A stretch of DNA of 35,328 bases from Phoronis australis (Eukaryota; Animalia; Phoronida). The stretch spans positions 296,481 to 331,808 of the forward strand of contig NMRA01000073.1 of assembly GCA_002633005.1 (NCBI GenBank). The letters are read 5' to 3'. This document shows positions 33,490 to 35,328 of this stretch, piece by piece (position 1 is the stretch's first letter; every line of letters begins with the position of its first letter). A program made the translations under genes and the position numbers. Below the pieces are notes generated by a model. The model made no database searches. It was given only the letters and a program-made list of their open reading frames with translations, and had not been told where the DNA came from.

Positions 33490-35328
33490 CAGGGGCAGCG
33501 GCGGATCTAAGACATCATAACCGGTCCCAACATTTTATCTCGTCCAAAATCGCTAGGGGGGTCGGGAGAGGAAAATTTTGTTTGTGCTTCTGAAAACAAG
33601 CATCTTCCTTGATTTCTGAAGTATAATCAAAAACAACGAGAATGTGTGTAAACATGGAAAATTCGTAAGTGCAAGGACTATAACTGACAACCTATTGATG
33701 AGAACGTGCGTGCTCTTCCGTTCCACTGCGCCACCACGCTTCCAATAGTGGAGTTGCAACCGAATCGATTTAACGATTGCGCATGTCCGGAAATTAGGGT
33801 GCGCAAAGGCTATTGGGATTGATTAGAGTAAATGGAATAGCCAATTGGTTTGCACGACGTGTGACTTGTGTGCATTAAACTACGCTGCTGCATGTAATTC
33901 AGCCGCTATTCGCCCTAACAAGCGTCCATGCCCCATCAAGGGCCCCAACGCGTTTTCAGACTTTGCTAAAGTAAGTGCCCAGCCCATAAACTACATGCGA
34001 AAAATGCCCTTACGTACAGTCTCCAATTTATCAATTGAAAGATACGACAGTCCTGAATTTGTAGACCACGAACCTCACCGTTATGTCCGTGTACACTTCA
34101 AAATTACGCCGCGATTCAAAAAGAACGCAGAAGTTTTGCTGCTCTTGCGAGGGCTGTGCCCCACTACGCGGGTCTGGATTTTGAAAAGAGACGCAGCGTA
34201 CTTGTCAGCGGGATTGCATTGTTTCTTTCCGGTACAGATCTTCTCCGGCCTCAACAGGAATCCAAACTTCTTTGTACACGTGAAAACCGTGAATCGAAGA
34301 CCAATAAAAAAACTCGACCAGTGTTAGCACGCGGCCAAGAAGCGCGTGCTGCATAATGTACCGGCTGTCATCGAAGACATATTTAGTCGGGAACTATCTA
34401 TTCATGAAACGGGTAACACAGCGTCGGCAAATAAATATTGGCACTAATTTCCGAAAGTTTCTATTACCGTAAAAAACTTTGCATTATTTTTAAGAGAAAT
34501 TATTCAACTAATCATAATTGGTGTTTTTAAGGTCAAAATGTCCCACCGATAGTGAATACATTCGCACCCTTACAGGTTGTACACCCCAAATCTTCCGGAA
34601 AATAGCTGTTACACTACGGTCACGCATCCGCTCACCCGGCGACTCAATAAGTGACATATCGGTCTTACCGAAAAAATTATCGAACGTTTTTTAACAGACG
34701 AGGCCAGCAAGTGCTAAGCTAAATATTAAAACACGCTCTGCTTGACTGCTTGAGTTAATTTCTTCGGATACAATGCACACCTAGATCATTATATCGCATT
34801 TACTCTGGCAAAGGAACTCTGATGACAAGCACACGCACGCTTACTCACACACACACGCATACAAACTTCAAAAGAAACGTCACGTGACAACAACATGTGT
34901 TTTCCTCCAGGGCTACAATCTAGCGCAGACTTAATCTGCAGTTAATCCAGACTCCACAAGAACTTAAAAATCTTAGAGATGCTATTTGGAAAACTTGAGG
35001 AGGATTTCAGGTAATTTGTTGAGTCGAAGCTGTACTCTTATTCAAGAATTCAAGCCCTATCGACGATTGCGAGACCGGCAGCTACGCATTTGTCGGCAAG
35101 ATTTCGCCCTGGGATTTCAACACAATTTTATGAAAAATGATCGTAATTTAACAACGAATTTTGATAGCAATGCACCACAATTTTGTAGAAAGTAAATAAT
35201 AATATTCTGCACGCTTTATCTTAGCGCGTTAATGCATATAGTGTGCGTACGTTAAGTGAGTTGACCCAGAACAGGTGATTGTGCAGAGGCATTATCCTCA
35301 AAATTGCTCATGTTGGCTTGGTTCTGGT

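Noticed and set aside
33845-34356. 160-aa ORF and overlapping ORF near the window end
   Set aside because: Non-ATG start, no recognisable motifs and no clear splice signals. It cannot be supported as coding.

Overview
This is AT-rich, intron-rich animal genomic DNA, probably from a marine invertebrate (inferred from the repeat landscape; the species cannot be determined). It is not prokaryotic, so most of the ORF track is noise or single exons. The main feature is one + strand gene spanning about 5313-32477, which I reconstructed by hand from GT-AG boundaries. It has 10 well-supported coding exons plus a tentative 11th terminal exon, and every intron is phase 1. The product is an ~885-aa secreted mosaic protein: signal peptide, kringle, IgGFc-binding-protein (FCGBP) N-terminal domain, two acidic DxDxDG motifs, Thr-rich mucin stalk, and a long-form C-type lectin domain (QPD/WAD). 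Introns and flanks carry many mobile-element relics: a decayed CR1/L2-type RT fragment, a ~2.9-kb decayed Academ-like (transposase + XPG-like) element, a pogo-type DDE fragment, a Harbinger-like MITE with CAG target duplication, a tRNA-derived repeat head, and several hairpin MITEs. There is also a near-perfect 523-bp palindrome in intron 5 and a ~470-bp direct duplication carrying arrays of a CCCANTTGG motif.
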